Source: Candidatus Aenigmatarchaeota archaeon (GTDB taxonomy: Archaea > Aenigmatarchaeota > Aenigmatarchaeia > CG10238-14 > SpSt-28). Taken from it: DNA of 64,000 nucleotides. A program made the position numbers and the translations under genes. Shown one piece after another: positions 18,843-28,237 of the stretch. The notes under the pieces were generated by a model. The model ran no database searches. It was not told the origin of the DNA and saw only the letters and a program-made list of their open reading frames with translations. Numbering within the stretch: position 1 is the stretch's first letter; each line of letters starts with the position of its first letter. The DNA lies in assembly GCA_039000725.1 (NCBI GenBank), contig JAWBNO010000001.1:258995-322994 (forward strand), read 5' to 3'.

Positions 18843-19433
18843 TTGATAATTATGGGAATATCGAAACCGAAGGATGAAGCAAAATTGAAGGAAAAAGAAG
18901 AAAAAACCATAGAAAAAAAGGAATTTAAAAAGCCTAGAGAAGAAAAATCAAAAAAAATAGAAGGAATAGTTAGAATTTTTAATACGGATTTAATAGCTAA
19001 CAAAAATTTACTTTATGGATTAACAGGAATAAAGGGAGTTAGCTATACTTTTTCTAAGGCTATTTTAACAGCTTTGGGTTTGGATGCAAAAAGAAAAATT
19101 GGAAGTTTGAGTCAAGAAGAGATAGAAAAAATAGAGGATTGTTTGAAAAATCCAGAAAAATATGGAATACCTTCTTTTGTTTACAATAGAAGAAAAGATC
19201 CTGAATTAGGAATAGATAGACACTTGGTTGGACCTGACGTGAAAATAGCCGAAAGTTTTGATATTAAAAGAGAGATTGAATTAAAAACATATAAAGGATT
19301 TAGACATATGTATGGTTTACCTGTTAGAGGACAAAAAACAAGAAGTCACTTTAGAAAAGGTAGAACCGTTGGGGTTTTGAGAGGAAAGATGAAACAAATG
19401 GTCTCGCAACAACAAAAAGAAGAAAAGAAGTGA
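18843..19433 (+). CDS. rps13: 30S ribosomal protein S13 (uS13) with a roughly 40-aa Lys/Glu-rich N-terminal extension
   Basis: Core IVRIFNTDLIANKNLLYGLTGIKGVSYTFSKAIL, plus C-terminal basic tail. Confidence 0.88.
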   Translation: MIIMGISKPKDEAKLKEKEEKTIEKKEFKKPREEKSKKIEGIVRIFNTDLIANKNLLYGLTGIKGVSYTFSKAILTALGLDAKRKIGSLSQEEIEKIEDCLKNPEKYGIPSFVYNRRKDPELGIDRHLVGPDVKIAESFDIKREIELKTYKGFRHMYGLPVRGQKTRSHFRKGRTVGVLRGKMKQMVSQQQKEEKK

Positions 19434-19438
19434 TATAA

Positions 19439-19906
19439 ATGAAAAGATTTAGAAAAAAATACAAAAAACCGAGAAGACCGTGGGATAAGTCGCTTTTGGA
19501 AGAGGAAAGAAAGCTTATGATAGAATATGGGCTCAGGAGAAAAAGGGAGCTATGGAGAGCAAAAGAGATACTTAGAAAATATAGAAGGTTAGCTAGAAAG
19601 TTAAATGCAATCAAAGATAAAGATAGAGAAAAGATATTACTTGGAAAGTTATATAAAATGGGATTGGTTGATGAAAACGCAAATTTGGATACAGTTTTAA
19701 GTTTAACAGTTAAGGATATACTTAATAGAAGATTGCAAACTATAGTATATAGAAAAGGTTTAGCTAACACAATTAAACAAGCAAGACAATTTATCGTTCA
19801 TGGTCATGTTAAAATAAATGGAAGAAAAGTAGTATACCCAAGCTATTTAGTTCCAAGAGAAGAAGAAGACAAAATAGAATGTGATATAAAGGTTGAGAAG
19901 AAATGA
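19439..19906 (+). CDS. rps4: 30S ribosomal protein S4 (uS4)
   Basis: N-terminus [23 protein letters not shown] and an S4 domain with [14 protein letters not shown]. Confidence 0.9.
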   Translation: MKRFRKKYKKPRRPWDKSLLEEERKLMIEYGLRRKRELWRAKEILRKYRRLARKLNAIKDKDREKILLGKLYKMGLVDENANLDTVLSLTVKDILNRRLQTIVYRKGLANTIKQARQFIVHGHVKINGRKVVYPSYLVPREEEDKIECDIKVEKK

Positions 19907-20298
19907 ATGAAAAAAAAGAAAAATGGGGAGTAGCGCATATTTTTTCTAGCCCAAATTCTACTATAGTTCATATTACAGATTTGAGTGGAGCAGAAACTAT
20001 AGCGAGATATTCTAGTGGAATGATGACAGATAAAGATAGAGAAGGAGGAATGCCTTATCCTGCAATGCTAGCAGCTAAAAAAGCTGCAGAAGAAGCTCTT
20101 AAAAAGGGAATTGTTGGTGTTCATATAAGAGTGAGAGCACCGGGAGGAATTAAGACTAAAATACCAGGACCAGGAGCACAAGCAGCAATTAGAGCTTTAG
20201 CTAAGGCCGGATTAAAAATAGGTTTAATAGAGGACGTGACACCAATAATACACGGTTTTATGAGAAGAAAAGGTGGAAGAAGAGGAAGAAGAGTATAA
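19903..20298 (+). CDS. rps11: 30S ribosomal protein S11 (uS11)
   Basis: [33 protein letters not shown] and a C-terminal [11 protein letters not shown] tail. Confidence 0.9.
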   Translation: MNEKKEKWGVAHIFSSPNSTIVHITDLSGAETIARYSSGMMTDKDREGGMPYPAMLAAKKAAEEALKKGIVGVHIRVRAPGGIKTKIPGPGAQAAIRALAKAGLKIGLIEDVTPIIHGFMRRKGGRRGRRV

Positions 20299-20312
20299 TT
20301 TTTTTACTCGTT
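20299..20312 (+). terminator. Oligo-T tract (TAATTTTTTTAC) right after the rps11 stop; candidate archaeal intrinsic terminator
   Basis: Run of seven T directly after the stop codon. Archaeal RNAP terminates on oligo-dT. Confidence 0.3.
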
Positions 20313-20343
20313 CTATTTAAAAACTACAGATACCTTATGTTAT

Positions 20344-20919
20344 ATGTTAGTTATAGGTTTAAGCGGGTACGCAGCTTCAGGTAAAACAGAAGTTGCAAAT
20401 TACTTAAAGGAAAAATACAATTTCACAGTGTTAGAATTTTCACAAATTATTGAAGAGGAAGCTAAAAAACTTGGTTTAATTAAAGAAAATTTGGGCCTAG
20501 AAGAAAAAAAGAGAGTTTTAAGTGAAGTTGGTAGCATTATAAGAAAAAAGTACAACGACGAGGCTGTATTTGCTAGATTGTTAATCAAAAAAATAGTAGA
20601 GGAGAATAAAGATAAGGTAGTTGTTACTGGATTTAGAAGTTTAAATGAGGTTGAGGTTTTTAGAGAAAAGTTCAAATACAATTTTTATTTGATATGGATA
20701 GAAACAGATGTCAAATTAAGATATGAAAGAAGAAAAGCACAAGATCCTGATTTTAACTTAAGTTTTGAAGAATTTTTAGAAAGAGATAAGAATGATGTAA
20801 TAAAATTAGGTTTAGATAAAATAAAAGAGATTTCAGATATCATAATAGAAAACAATTCAAATATTGAGGATTTAAAAAAACGAATAGATAATTTATTAAA
20901 AAGTATATCAAACAAATAG
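20344..20919 (+). CDS. P-loop nucleotide kinase (dephospho-CoA kinase / CoaE-like)
   Basis: Walker A in VIGLSGYAASGKTEVANYL; 191 aa. Substrate is not assignable by eye. Confidence 0.45.
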   Translation: MLVIGLSGYAASGKTEVANYLKEKYNFTVLEFSQIIEEEAKKLGLIKENLGLEEKKRVLSEVGSIIRKKYNDEAVFARLLIKKIVEENKDKVVVTGFRSLNEVEVFREKFKYNFYLIWIETDVKLRYERRKAQDPDFNLSFEEFLERDKNDVIKLGLDKIKEISDIIIENNSNIEDLKKRIDNLLKSISNK

Positions 20920-20948
20920 TTATATTAAAGAAATTTATAGTAAAGAAA

Positions 20949-23423
20949 ATGGAAAAATACTTTGGACTAACTTTTGAAGAAGCTAAAAAAAGATTAGAAA
21001 TTTATGGAAAAAATGAAATAGAAGAAAAAAGAAAAGTTTCAGCTCTAAAGATATTATTTAATCAGTTTAAATCGCCTTTAATCTTACTTATGGTTTTTGC
21101 TTCTATTTTTTCTTTTTCTTTAAATTATATAAAAAAGGAAGATTTTTTGGATTCGATTTTTATTTTGGCAATAATATTAATTTCAACTCTAGCTGGTTTC
21201 ATTCAAGAGTATAAGGCAGAGAAAAGTATAGAGGCATTAAAAAAGTTATCGACACCTAGAGCTAAGGTTATTAGAGAAGGTAAAATATTTGAGATAGAAA
21301 GCTCTGAAATTGTTCCAGAAGATTTGATTGTTATAGAAGGAGGAGATATTATACCTGCTGATGCTGAAGTAGTAGATGGAATAATAGAAGTTGACGAATC
21401 TATATTAACTGGAGAATCAAGAGCTGTTAAGAAAAAGAAAGGAGATAAAATTTTTTCTGGTTGTAACGTTTTTATAGGTAAAGCTATCGCAAAGGTTTAT
21501 GCAACAGGAATGAAAACTGAAATTGGAAAAATTGCAAAAAAGATGGGAGAATTAAAAGAGGAAGAAACACCTTTTCATAAAGAAATAAACAAATTTACTT
21601 TTTACGTTGTCAAGATAATAGTTACTCTAATAGTTATTACATTTATATTGACTTTTAGAAAGTTTGGAGTTTTAGAGTCTTTTCTAATATCTATAGCTCT
21701 TGCAGTAGCGGCAGTACCTGAAGGACTACCAGCAGTCATTACTGCTAGTTTATCTATTGCTGCTAAGAAAATGATTGATAAAAACGCTTTAGTCAGAAAA
21801 CTTGCTATAATAGAATCTATAGGCTCTGTTGATGTCATTTGTACAGACAAAACAGGCACAATTACTGAAGGTAAAATGAAAGTTAGGGATATTTGGTTTT
21901 TTGAAGAAAGTGATTATGCAAAAAAATTAGCTATAGAAATTTGTTATTATTGTAATGACTCTAAGTTTATAAGAATTGGAAACGAGGAAAAATTGGTCGG
22001 GGACGAAACAGACATTGCTTTGAAGGAATATTCATCAAAATTCATAGAAAAAGAAGAATATAACAGGTTAGACGAAATTCATTTTACTTCAGAAAGAAAA
22101 ATGATGAGTGTTTTATGTACCGACGGAAGCAAAAATATAGTTTTTTCTAAAGGCGCACCAGAAATCGTTGTTTCTAAGTGTAATAGGATTATAGCTAACA
22201 ATAGTATTATCGAATTAAATGAAGATTTGAAAAACAAAATTTTAGATAAAAACAAAGAGTTTGCGTCACAAGCCTATAGAGTTTTGGCCTTGGCATATAA
22301 AGAAGGAAAATTAGAAGAGAAAGATCTAATATTTGTGGGCCTTGTTCTAATTTCAGATCCCCCTAGAAAAGAAGTTAAAGATGCAGTTAAAGAATGTTAT
22401 TCTGCTGGAATTAGAATAATAATGATTACTGGTGATAATGAAATTACTTCTTTGGCTGTCGCAAAAGAGGTTGGAATAAAAAGTGAAGGTTTTGTTAAAG
22501 GTGAAGATTTAGATAGAATGAGCGATGATGAAATTTCTAATTTATTAGATAGAGGGATAAACATTTTTGCAAGAACAAATCCATTTCACAAACTTAGATT
22601 ATTGGAAATTTTAAAAAAGAAAGGTTATGTTGTTGCAATGACTGGAGATGGTGTAAATGATGCTTTGGCTCTTAAAAAAGCCGATGTTGGCATTTCTATG
22701 GGAATTAAAGGAACAGAAGTGGCAAAAGAAGCAAGTGATATTGTTTTATTAGATGATAATTTTGCAACTATTAGAGATGCAATAAAAGAAGGAAGAAGAA
22801 TTTACGACAATATGAAAAAGTTTATCCTATTTCTTTTTGGAACTTGTATAGCTGAAGTTTTTGTTGTCTTATCTAGCTTGTTATTTTTACCTTACGTTTT
22901 ACTATATCCAATACAAATTTTGTGGATTAATTTAGTTACAGACGGACCGCCAGCATTAGCTCTTTCTCTTGATCCAGCAGAGCCAAATATTATGAAAAGA
23001 AATCCAAGAAATAAAAAGGAAGGAATAATAGATAGGAGAATGATCTTTAAAATTTTTATCTTGGGAACAAGTATGGGTATATCTATGATTTTAATTCCAT
23101 TTTTACTACATAGTTATTCTATAGAAGAAATAAGAACAGTCGTATTTTCTTCTTTTGTATTTTTTGAAATGATACTAATTGCAGCGATTAGATACAGTGA
23201 AAATATGATTGGGTTAAAATACTGGTTAGAGAACAAGTTATTGATTTTGGCTTTAATTGGAGTAATAATCCTTCAAATTTTATTGATCTATTCTCCACTT
23301 AACACTTATTTAAAAGCGGTTAGTTTACCACTAAAGGACTTAGAAATAATATTTGTTTTGTCTTTGTTATGTTTTTCTATATCTGCCATTGGTATGAGGC
23401 TTATTAATCGATTTTTAAAGTAA
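20949..23423 (+). CDS. P-type cation-transporting ATPase, type IIA (SERCA-like, probably Ca2+)
   Basis: Phosphorylation site ICTDKTGTIT, PEGLPAVITASLSIAAKKM, TGDN, the hinge MTGDGVNDALALKKADVGISMG, and 8-10 TM helices. Confidence 0.9.
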   Translation: MEKYFGLTFEEAKKRLEIYGKNEIEEKRKVSALKILFNQFKSPLILLMVFASIFSFSLNYIKKEDFLDSIFILAIILISTLAGFIQEYKAEKSIEALKKLSTPRAKVIREGKIFEIESSEIVPEDLIVIEGGDIIPADAEVVDGIIEVDESILTGESRAVKKKKGDKIFSGCNVFIGKAIAKVYATGMKTEIGKIAKKMGELKEEETPFHKEINKFTFYVVKIIVTLIVITFILTFRKFGVLESFLISIALAVAAVPEGLPAVITASLSIAAKKMIDKNALVRKLAIIESIGSVDVICTDKTGTITEGKMKVRDIWFFEESDYAKKLAIEICYYCNDSKFIRIGNEEKLVGDETDIALKEYSSKFIEKEEYNRLDEIHFTSERKMMSVLCTDGSKNIVFSKGAPEIVVSKCNRIIANNSIIELNEDLKNKILDKNKEFASQAYRVLALAYKEGKLEEKDLIFVGLVLISDPPRKEVKDAVKECYSAGIRIIMITGDNEITSLAVAKEVGIKSEGFVKGEDLDRMSDDEISNLLDRGINIFARTNPFHKLRLLEILKKKGYVVAMTGDGVNDALALKKADVGISMGIKGTEVAKEASDIVLLDDNFATIRDAIKEGRRIYDNMKKFILFLFGTCIAEVFVVLSSLLFLPYVLLYPIQILWINLVTDGPPALALSLDPAEPNIMKRNPRNKKEGIIDRRMIFKIFILGTSMGISMILIPFLLHSYSIEEIRTVVFSSFVFFEMILIAAIRYSENMIGLKYWLENKLLILALIGVIILQILLIYSPLNTYLKAVSLPLKDLEIIFVLSLLCFSISAIGMRLINRFLK

Positions 23424-23425
23424 AA

Positions 23426-24175
23426 CTAGCAACATGCTATTGCTTGTAGACAGTTTCTTATACCTATAGATAAAGAAATAGTTGTTAAGTATATTTTAAA
23501 GAAGTTATTTGTTTGGGTTTCTTTTATGTAATTATCTAAGGTTTTAATTAAAAGAAGAGCTATAATAATCCTAGTTAATGGATACAAAATTGGGAAATTT
23601 TCCATTATATATCTAGTTAGGAAGTGTTGTTCGTAAAAGTTAAAATAGAAAACATTTACTATGGTTATTGAAAATTCATAAATTATTGAAAAAACAAGAA
23701 GTTTGTTTATATGAGAGTATTTTATTTTCTTCACTATAAAATAAGAAAAGATTAAAATTAAAATTGATAAAACAATTGCCATCGAGTTTTTAATAGGTAA
23801 ATAAGAAAGTGCAATTCCTAACAGAATTAAGCTAAATATTAAAAAAATTTTTTGTAAGATTTCTTGGTTAAATTTTTTACATAAAACCAAAAATAGAAGG
23901 AAGGGAATTATAAATAGAACTTGAATTAAAGGAGTAACGAAGACTATGCTCTCCAGAATCAGATAATCTCTCAAAACTCGTACGGTAGAGGCTAAGGTTA
24001 TATACGGAAGAAATGAAAAAAACAGTTTTAAATTTATTTTAACTCTATTTTTGTTTGCTATCTTGAAAATCGCAAAGGATATTATTAAGAAAAATATAAA
24101 GTATGAAAGGGTTTTACCAAATGTATATCCCTCTGCTAACGGATTTATAAAGTATTCAAGTAACTTATTGAGCAT
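23426..24175 (-). CDS. Polytopic integral membrane protein (DUF63-like)
   Basis: 249 aa, about seven hydrophobic helices, no catalytic motif recognised. Confidence 0.45.
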   Translation of the reverse strand: MLNKLLEYFINPLAEGYTFGKTLSYFIFFLIISFAIFKIANKNRVKINLKLFFSFLPYITLASTVRVLRDYLILESIVFVTPLIQVLFIIPFLLFLVLCKKFNQEILQKIFLIFSLILLGIALSYLPIKNSMAIVLSILILIFSYFIVKKIKYSHINKLLVFSIIYEFSITIVNVFYFNFYEQHFLTRYIMENFPILYPLTRIIIALLLIKTLDNYIKETQTNNFFKIYLTTISLSIGIRNCLQAIACC

Positions 24176-24207
24176 TAAATTTATAATTTTGGTTTATAAT
24201 AAGTTTT

Positions 24208-25017
24208 ATGAAAAAAGAAAGTAGAGAATTTATCTCCTTTTTCTTTTTACTAATTCTAATATCTTTTTATTTTTTTACTTTGGGATGTACTAAAAAAAAC
24301 GGAGAAAGTCAAGTTTTAAAGAAAGAAATCACTAAGGAATTAGGAATAGTTATAGAAAATGTAAGCTATAGTAAAAAAATTTGGGAAAGCGATTTTTTAG
24401 ATATTAGAGTTTTAGTTAAAAATAAAGGTGACGTAGATAGTAAGAACGTAAAAATATTTCTGGAAGGTTTATCTGCAATATGGAGGCCACCTACTCCAAT
24501 TGAAAGGACTATAATTTCTTTACCAAAAGATTATGATAGTTATTTAGATTTTCGTTCCTCACCTCCAGTTCTAGGTTTTAATATTTCATATTCTTTTTAT
24601 TTTAGGGTAGAGTACGATTACAGTGCAAAATATATTGGAGTTTTTGAAGTTAGGAAACAAGAAAATAACTTTGTAGTTAAGATAAATTCGGAATTAAAGA
24701 CGATAGCACCAATAAAAATAAATTTAACTAGTTACGAGTACGACCGAATTTCAAATAAGTTGAAATTAAGATTTATTCTTTTGAATAATAATAATGGAAA
24801 AGTTTTAGGAGAAGCCTTACTAATCCCTGAAGATATGATATGCGAAACTACTCGAGTAGGATTTGAGAGAGATGTGAAAAGAAGTGATCGAGAAATTAAC
24901 TGCGAGGTTGTTTTACCAAAAGATTTTGTTAGTTATTCACCACAGATTAGACTGACTACCAACTTTAGATACACTTACAATTCAAATGAATACAAAGTTG
25001 AGGTAGTTAAACATTAA
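24208..25017 (+). CDS. Secreted or lipo-anchored hypothetical protein
   Basis: N-terminal hydrophobic segment followed by Cys (FFTLGCTKKNGES), a lipobox-like arrangement. The rest is beta-rich. Confidence 0.4.
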   Translation: MKKESREFISFFFLLILISFYFFTLGCTKKNGESQVLKKEITKELGIVIENVSYSKKIWESDFLDIRVLVKNKGDVDSKNVKIFLEGLSAIWRPPTPIERTIISLPKDYDSYLDFRSSPPVLGFNISYSFYFRVEYDYSAKYIGVFEVRKQENNFVVKINSELKTIAPIKINLTSYEYDRISNKLKLRFILLNNNNGKVLGEALLIPEDMICETTRVGFERDVKRSDREINCEVVLPKDFVSYSPQIRLTTNFRYTYNSNEYKVEVVKH

Positions 25018-25867
25018 AATTACGACTGTTTAACATTTTTTTTATTTTTAATACCTTTAATATACCTTCAGTATTATATCCTTCTTTTAGTTTTATTTGA
25101 ATAGGAATATTAGGCAACTCAAAGCCAAAAATGTCTTTTGGTGTAATAATATCTATAAACTCGGAAATATCTTTTAGGCAATAATGTATTATAGCAGGGT
25201 TAATTTTAAGCTCTTTAGATATTTCTCTCAAATGTGTTCCAGGGTTTTCTTCTATAAATTTTAATATAAGTGGTAAAGCTTCTTCTTTACTAATTTTTAT
25301 GTATTTAATCTTTTTCCTTCTTCTCTTTTTTTGCACTAACTTTATTTTTTTTCTTGAGAGCTCTCTAATTTGTTGCAAATCTATATCTTTTTTTAAAGAA
25401 ACGAATTTTGGTAGTTTTGGTAAGTTTTTGTTTGAAAAGGTTTTTATTTCTACGAAGTCGGATAATTTAAGTAAAACCCTTCTAACTTTTTCTGGGTGGA
25501 TGTGAAGATCTTTAGAAATTTTATTAATATAAGTGTTGGGGTTTTCTTTAATATAGTTTATGATTCTTATTAAATCGCTTGGATATATTTTTTCTAAAGA
25601 TTTTCTGTTTATAAAAACAATCTTTTCCTCCGTGTTCAAAGCTTCTCTTATTATTTCTTTATTTATTCTAGAAAAAATATAGGGAGATATTATTAATATT
25701 TTCGAACAATCTTCTGTATTATTTAGTACTTTTCTCTTTCCCCCCACTTTTATTAAGAATTTTTCACCAGAATATTTGGACAAGTATATTGTATCTTTTT
25801 CTATTTTTTCTACATTTATTTCAAGTTCTTTACCGATTTCTATAATTTTTTTCCAGAGGTCTTCCAT
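25007..25867 (-). CDS. DNA-binding protein with two internally duplicated wHTH modules
   Basis: IINYIKENPNTYINKISKDLHIHPEKVRRVLLKLSDFVEI and LILKFIEENPGTHLREISKELKINPAIIHYCLKDISEFIDI are clear paralogous repeats. A KKRRRKKIKYIK basic linker separates them. Confidence 0.5.
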   Translation of the reverse strand: MEDLWKKIIEIGKELEINVEKIEKDTIYLSKYSGEKFLIKVGGKRKVLNNTEDCSKILIISPYIFSRINKEIIREALNTEEKIVFINRKSLEKIYPSDLIRIINYIKENPNTYINKISKDLHIHPEKVRRVLLKLSDFVEIKTFSNKNLPKLPKFVSLKKDIDLQQIRELSRKKIKLVQKKRRRKKIKYIKISKEEALPLILKFIEENPGTHLREISKELKINPAIIHYCLKDISEFIDIITPKDIFGFELPNIPIQIKLKEGYNTEGILKVLKIKKMLNSRNFNV

Positions 25868-25920
25868 GTTAAACTTTTTAATGTTGTATTAAATAAATAA
25901 CATTAGTACAATATTATTGA

Positions 25921-27309
25921 ATGAGAAAATCTGTTGTATCAAATTTGGGTTTTGTTCTACAAACTGCAGGAATTTTAATGATACTACCAATAGTTGTTTC
26001 TTTTTACTACCAAGAAAAAGATTCTCTAATATCCCTTCTTCTCACTTCTTTTTCGTTTCTTAGTCTAGGGTTTTTGATGAATTCTTTGGCAGAAAGAAAA
26101 GAGTTGGATTTCAAATCCTCATGTCTTTTGGTCACTCTTACTTTTTTTGTCGCAGCTCTAATAGGCTCTATTCCATATTTATATTTGAATATTTTCAACT
26201 CTGAGTCAATTTTGCAAAATGTAATAGATAGTTATTTTGAAAGCATTTCTGGGTATACCACCACAGGATTTTCACTAATAAAGAATCTAGAAAATTTGCC
26301 CAAGTCTATAATTCTTTATAGGAGCCTAACTCAATGGATAGGTGGTATAGGTATAGTTTATTTGATACTAGCATTTTTCTATTCCGAAGAAATTTTGAAT
26401 AACTTATTAGAAGCTATAGGTTTTAAAAAAACATTGTCAAGAATAAAGAACTCCATGTTAGAGGTTATTATAATATATTCATTTTATACTCTGTTATATT
26501 TTGTCTTGTTTTATTATCTAGGTCTGCGAGATTTCGTTACAAATATATCAATAGTTTTTTCTGGATTGTCTACAGGCGGTTTCTCTCCAATTAAGGAATT
26601 AAGTTTATTGGACAATAGAGCTCTGGTTTTAATAATTTTAATAATGATTACTGGTGGAACAAGTTTTTATATACATCATTCTATAGTATTTAGAAAATTT
26701 AAAAATTTAAAATCAGAAGAGTTGTTAACCTTCCTACTAATAGTTTTTTTATCTTCTTTGTTTTTCTTTAAATGTTCAGGATTGGACTATTTTGCTTCTC
26801 TATTTCACGTAACCAGTGCGGCGACAGCAACTGGCTTTAGTTTTTTAGACCTCAGGGCGCTACAACAGCCTCTAAAAGTATTTTTAATAATGCTTATGTT
26901 CATTGGGGGTTCTTCGTTTTCTACTAGTGGTGGTATAAAAGTATACAGATTATTAGTGTTCTTCAGATCTATAGGCTATGTAATAAGAAAAAAGTTAGGA
27001 TATGAAGATAAATGTTTAATAGAAGGAAGAGAAATAAGTGATAATGAAATAATTTTACATCTTTTAAATGTGATTTTATCTTTTATTTTAGTTTTTATTT
27101 TTGCGTTTCTTTTATCATTTTATGGCCACGATTTCGTGGATTCTATTTTTGAATGTGTATCAGCATTTTCTAACGTTGGCCTATCTGCAGGTATTGTTAA
27201 TATAGATTTGAGTCTCATTGAAAAAACCTTTTTAATCTTACTAATGGGTATTGGAAGGGTAGAAGCTATTATATTTCTTATTGCAATAATTAAGATTAAT
27301 AATAAGTAA
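25921..27309 (+). CDS. trkH: Trk/Ktr-type K+ transporter membrane subunit (TrkH/KtrB)
   Basis: Repeated selectivity-filter-like glycine motifs (GYTTTGFS, LSTGGFS, TATGFSF, GGSSFSTSGGIKV). Confidence 0.85.
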   Translation: MRKSVVSNLGFVLQTAGILMILPIVVSFYYQEKDSLISLLLTSFSFLSLGFLMNSLAERKELDFKSSCLLVTLTFFVAALIGSIPYLYLNIFNSESILQNVIDSYFESISGYTTTGFSLIKNLENLPKSIILYRSLTQWIGGIGIVYLILAFFYSEEILNNLLEAIGFKKTLSRIKNSMLEVIIIYSFYTLLYFVLFYYLGLRDFVTNISIVFSGLSTGGFSPIKELSLLDNRALVLIILIMITGGTSFYIHHSIVFRKFKNLKSEELLTFLLIVFLSSLFFFKCSGLDYFASLFHVTSAATATGFSFLDLRALQQPLKVFLIMLMFIGGSSFSTSGGIKVYRLLVFFRSIGYVIRKKLGYEDKCLIEGREISDNEIILHLLNVILSFILVFIFAFLLSFYGHDFVDSIFECVSAFSNVGLSAGIVNIDLSLIEKTFLILLMGIGRVEAIIFLIAIIKINNK

Positions 27310-27610
27310 AAGAAGAAGAGTCTACGTATCTTTTTAAAACATTTTCTCTACAAATTTCTAGTTTATTATCACGATAAAAGTAGTTCTGGAGGCATTTGTT
27401 TACTTCTTCGTTTAGGTAAATCTTTAAATATAAACTATTGGTAGAGTCGAGTACGTTGTAGTAGTTATTTATAATCTCGTTTTTACATACTTCTTTAGGA
27501 AATCCCAGTCTTCTGTGTTTTTCTAAACATTCTTGATACGACTTTGGTAGTTCTGTAGCCGTATCTCTTTCTAGTCTTTTTAGCAGCTTTTCATCTTTAC
27601 CCTCGTGCAT
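27296..27610 (-). CDS. Hypothetical protein
   Basis: 104-aa ORF with no recognisable motif, divergent from the next gene. Confidence 0.35.
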   Translation of the reverse strand: MHEGKDEKLLKRLERDTATELPKSYQECLEKHRRLGFPKEVCKNEIINNYYNVLDSTNSLYLKIYLNEEVNKCLQNYFYRDNKLEICRENVLKRYVDSSSFTYY

Positions 27611-27658
27611 GTTCTCCCTCCCATTTTTACTTATATTTTACTATTGTTGGATAAAGCT

Positions 27659-27693
27659 TATAAGTTTTATAATGATCAACTATAAAACTTATA
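27659..27693. promoter_or_regulatory. Perfect 13-nt inverted repeat TATAAGTTTTATA-N9-TATAAAACTTATA in a divergent intergenic region
   Basis: Read directly: 27659-27671 is the reverse complement of 27681-27693. It lies about 25 nt upstream of the ATG at 27716. Candidate operator, or a pair of opposed TATA boxes. Confidence 0.35.
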
Positions 27694-27715
27694 TATTACT
27701 ACTAAGTAGTTATAT

Positions 27716-28126
27716 ATGATAGAAATTAGAAAAATTAAAGGAGTTAAAAATGAAGATTTAGAAAGTTGGAGGTACAACATTTTAGCGCCAATAGAAATTT
27801 TGGTTAATTTCCACATATGGGATTACGAAGGAAATAAGATTTTTAGAGCATTCGATCCTGATAGACTAAACTATGTAGTTACTTTTGGAACAGACAGAAC
27901 AGAAGATTATATTTCCGATTACGATAGAAAAGATAACGTAATATATGCCGGTTCCTTAGGAAAAGCTATGGAATATGCAAGCAAATATTTTAGAAGAAAA
28001 AATAGGGCATGCTTCAGTGTTTACAAAGAAGAGTTTTTAGATAAGGTAGATATATATGCGTACAAACCAAAAGAAGGTAGGTCTTATTTAGATGCTCTTC
28101 TGGGTGTAGTTTGTATAGAAGGTTAG
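27716..28126 (+). CDS. Hypothetical protein
   Basis: 136-aa ORF with no recognisable motif. Confidence 0.4.
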   Translation: MIEIRKIKGVKNEDLESWRYNILAPIEILVNFHIWDYEGNKIFRAFDPDRLNYVVTFGTDRTEDYISDYDRKDNVIYAGSLGKAMEYASKYFRRKNRACFSVYKEEFLDKVDIYAYKPKEGRSYLDALLGVVCIEG

Positions 28127-28237
28127 GAAGATTTTCTGTAATATTTGTGAATCGTGTTAAAAATGCTTGTTATAATGTGAGAATTATTTGACAAAAATCT
28201 GTTTTTTATCTTTATCTCCAAATTATAATTGTAGTAT

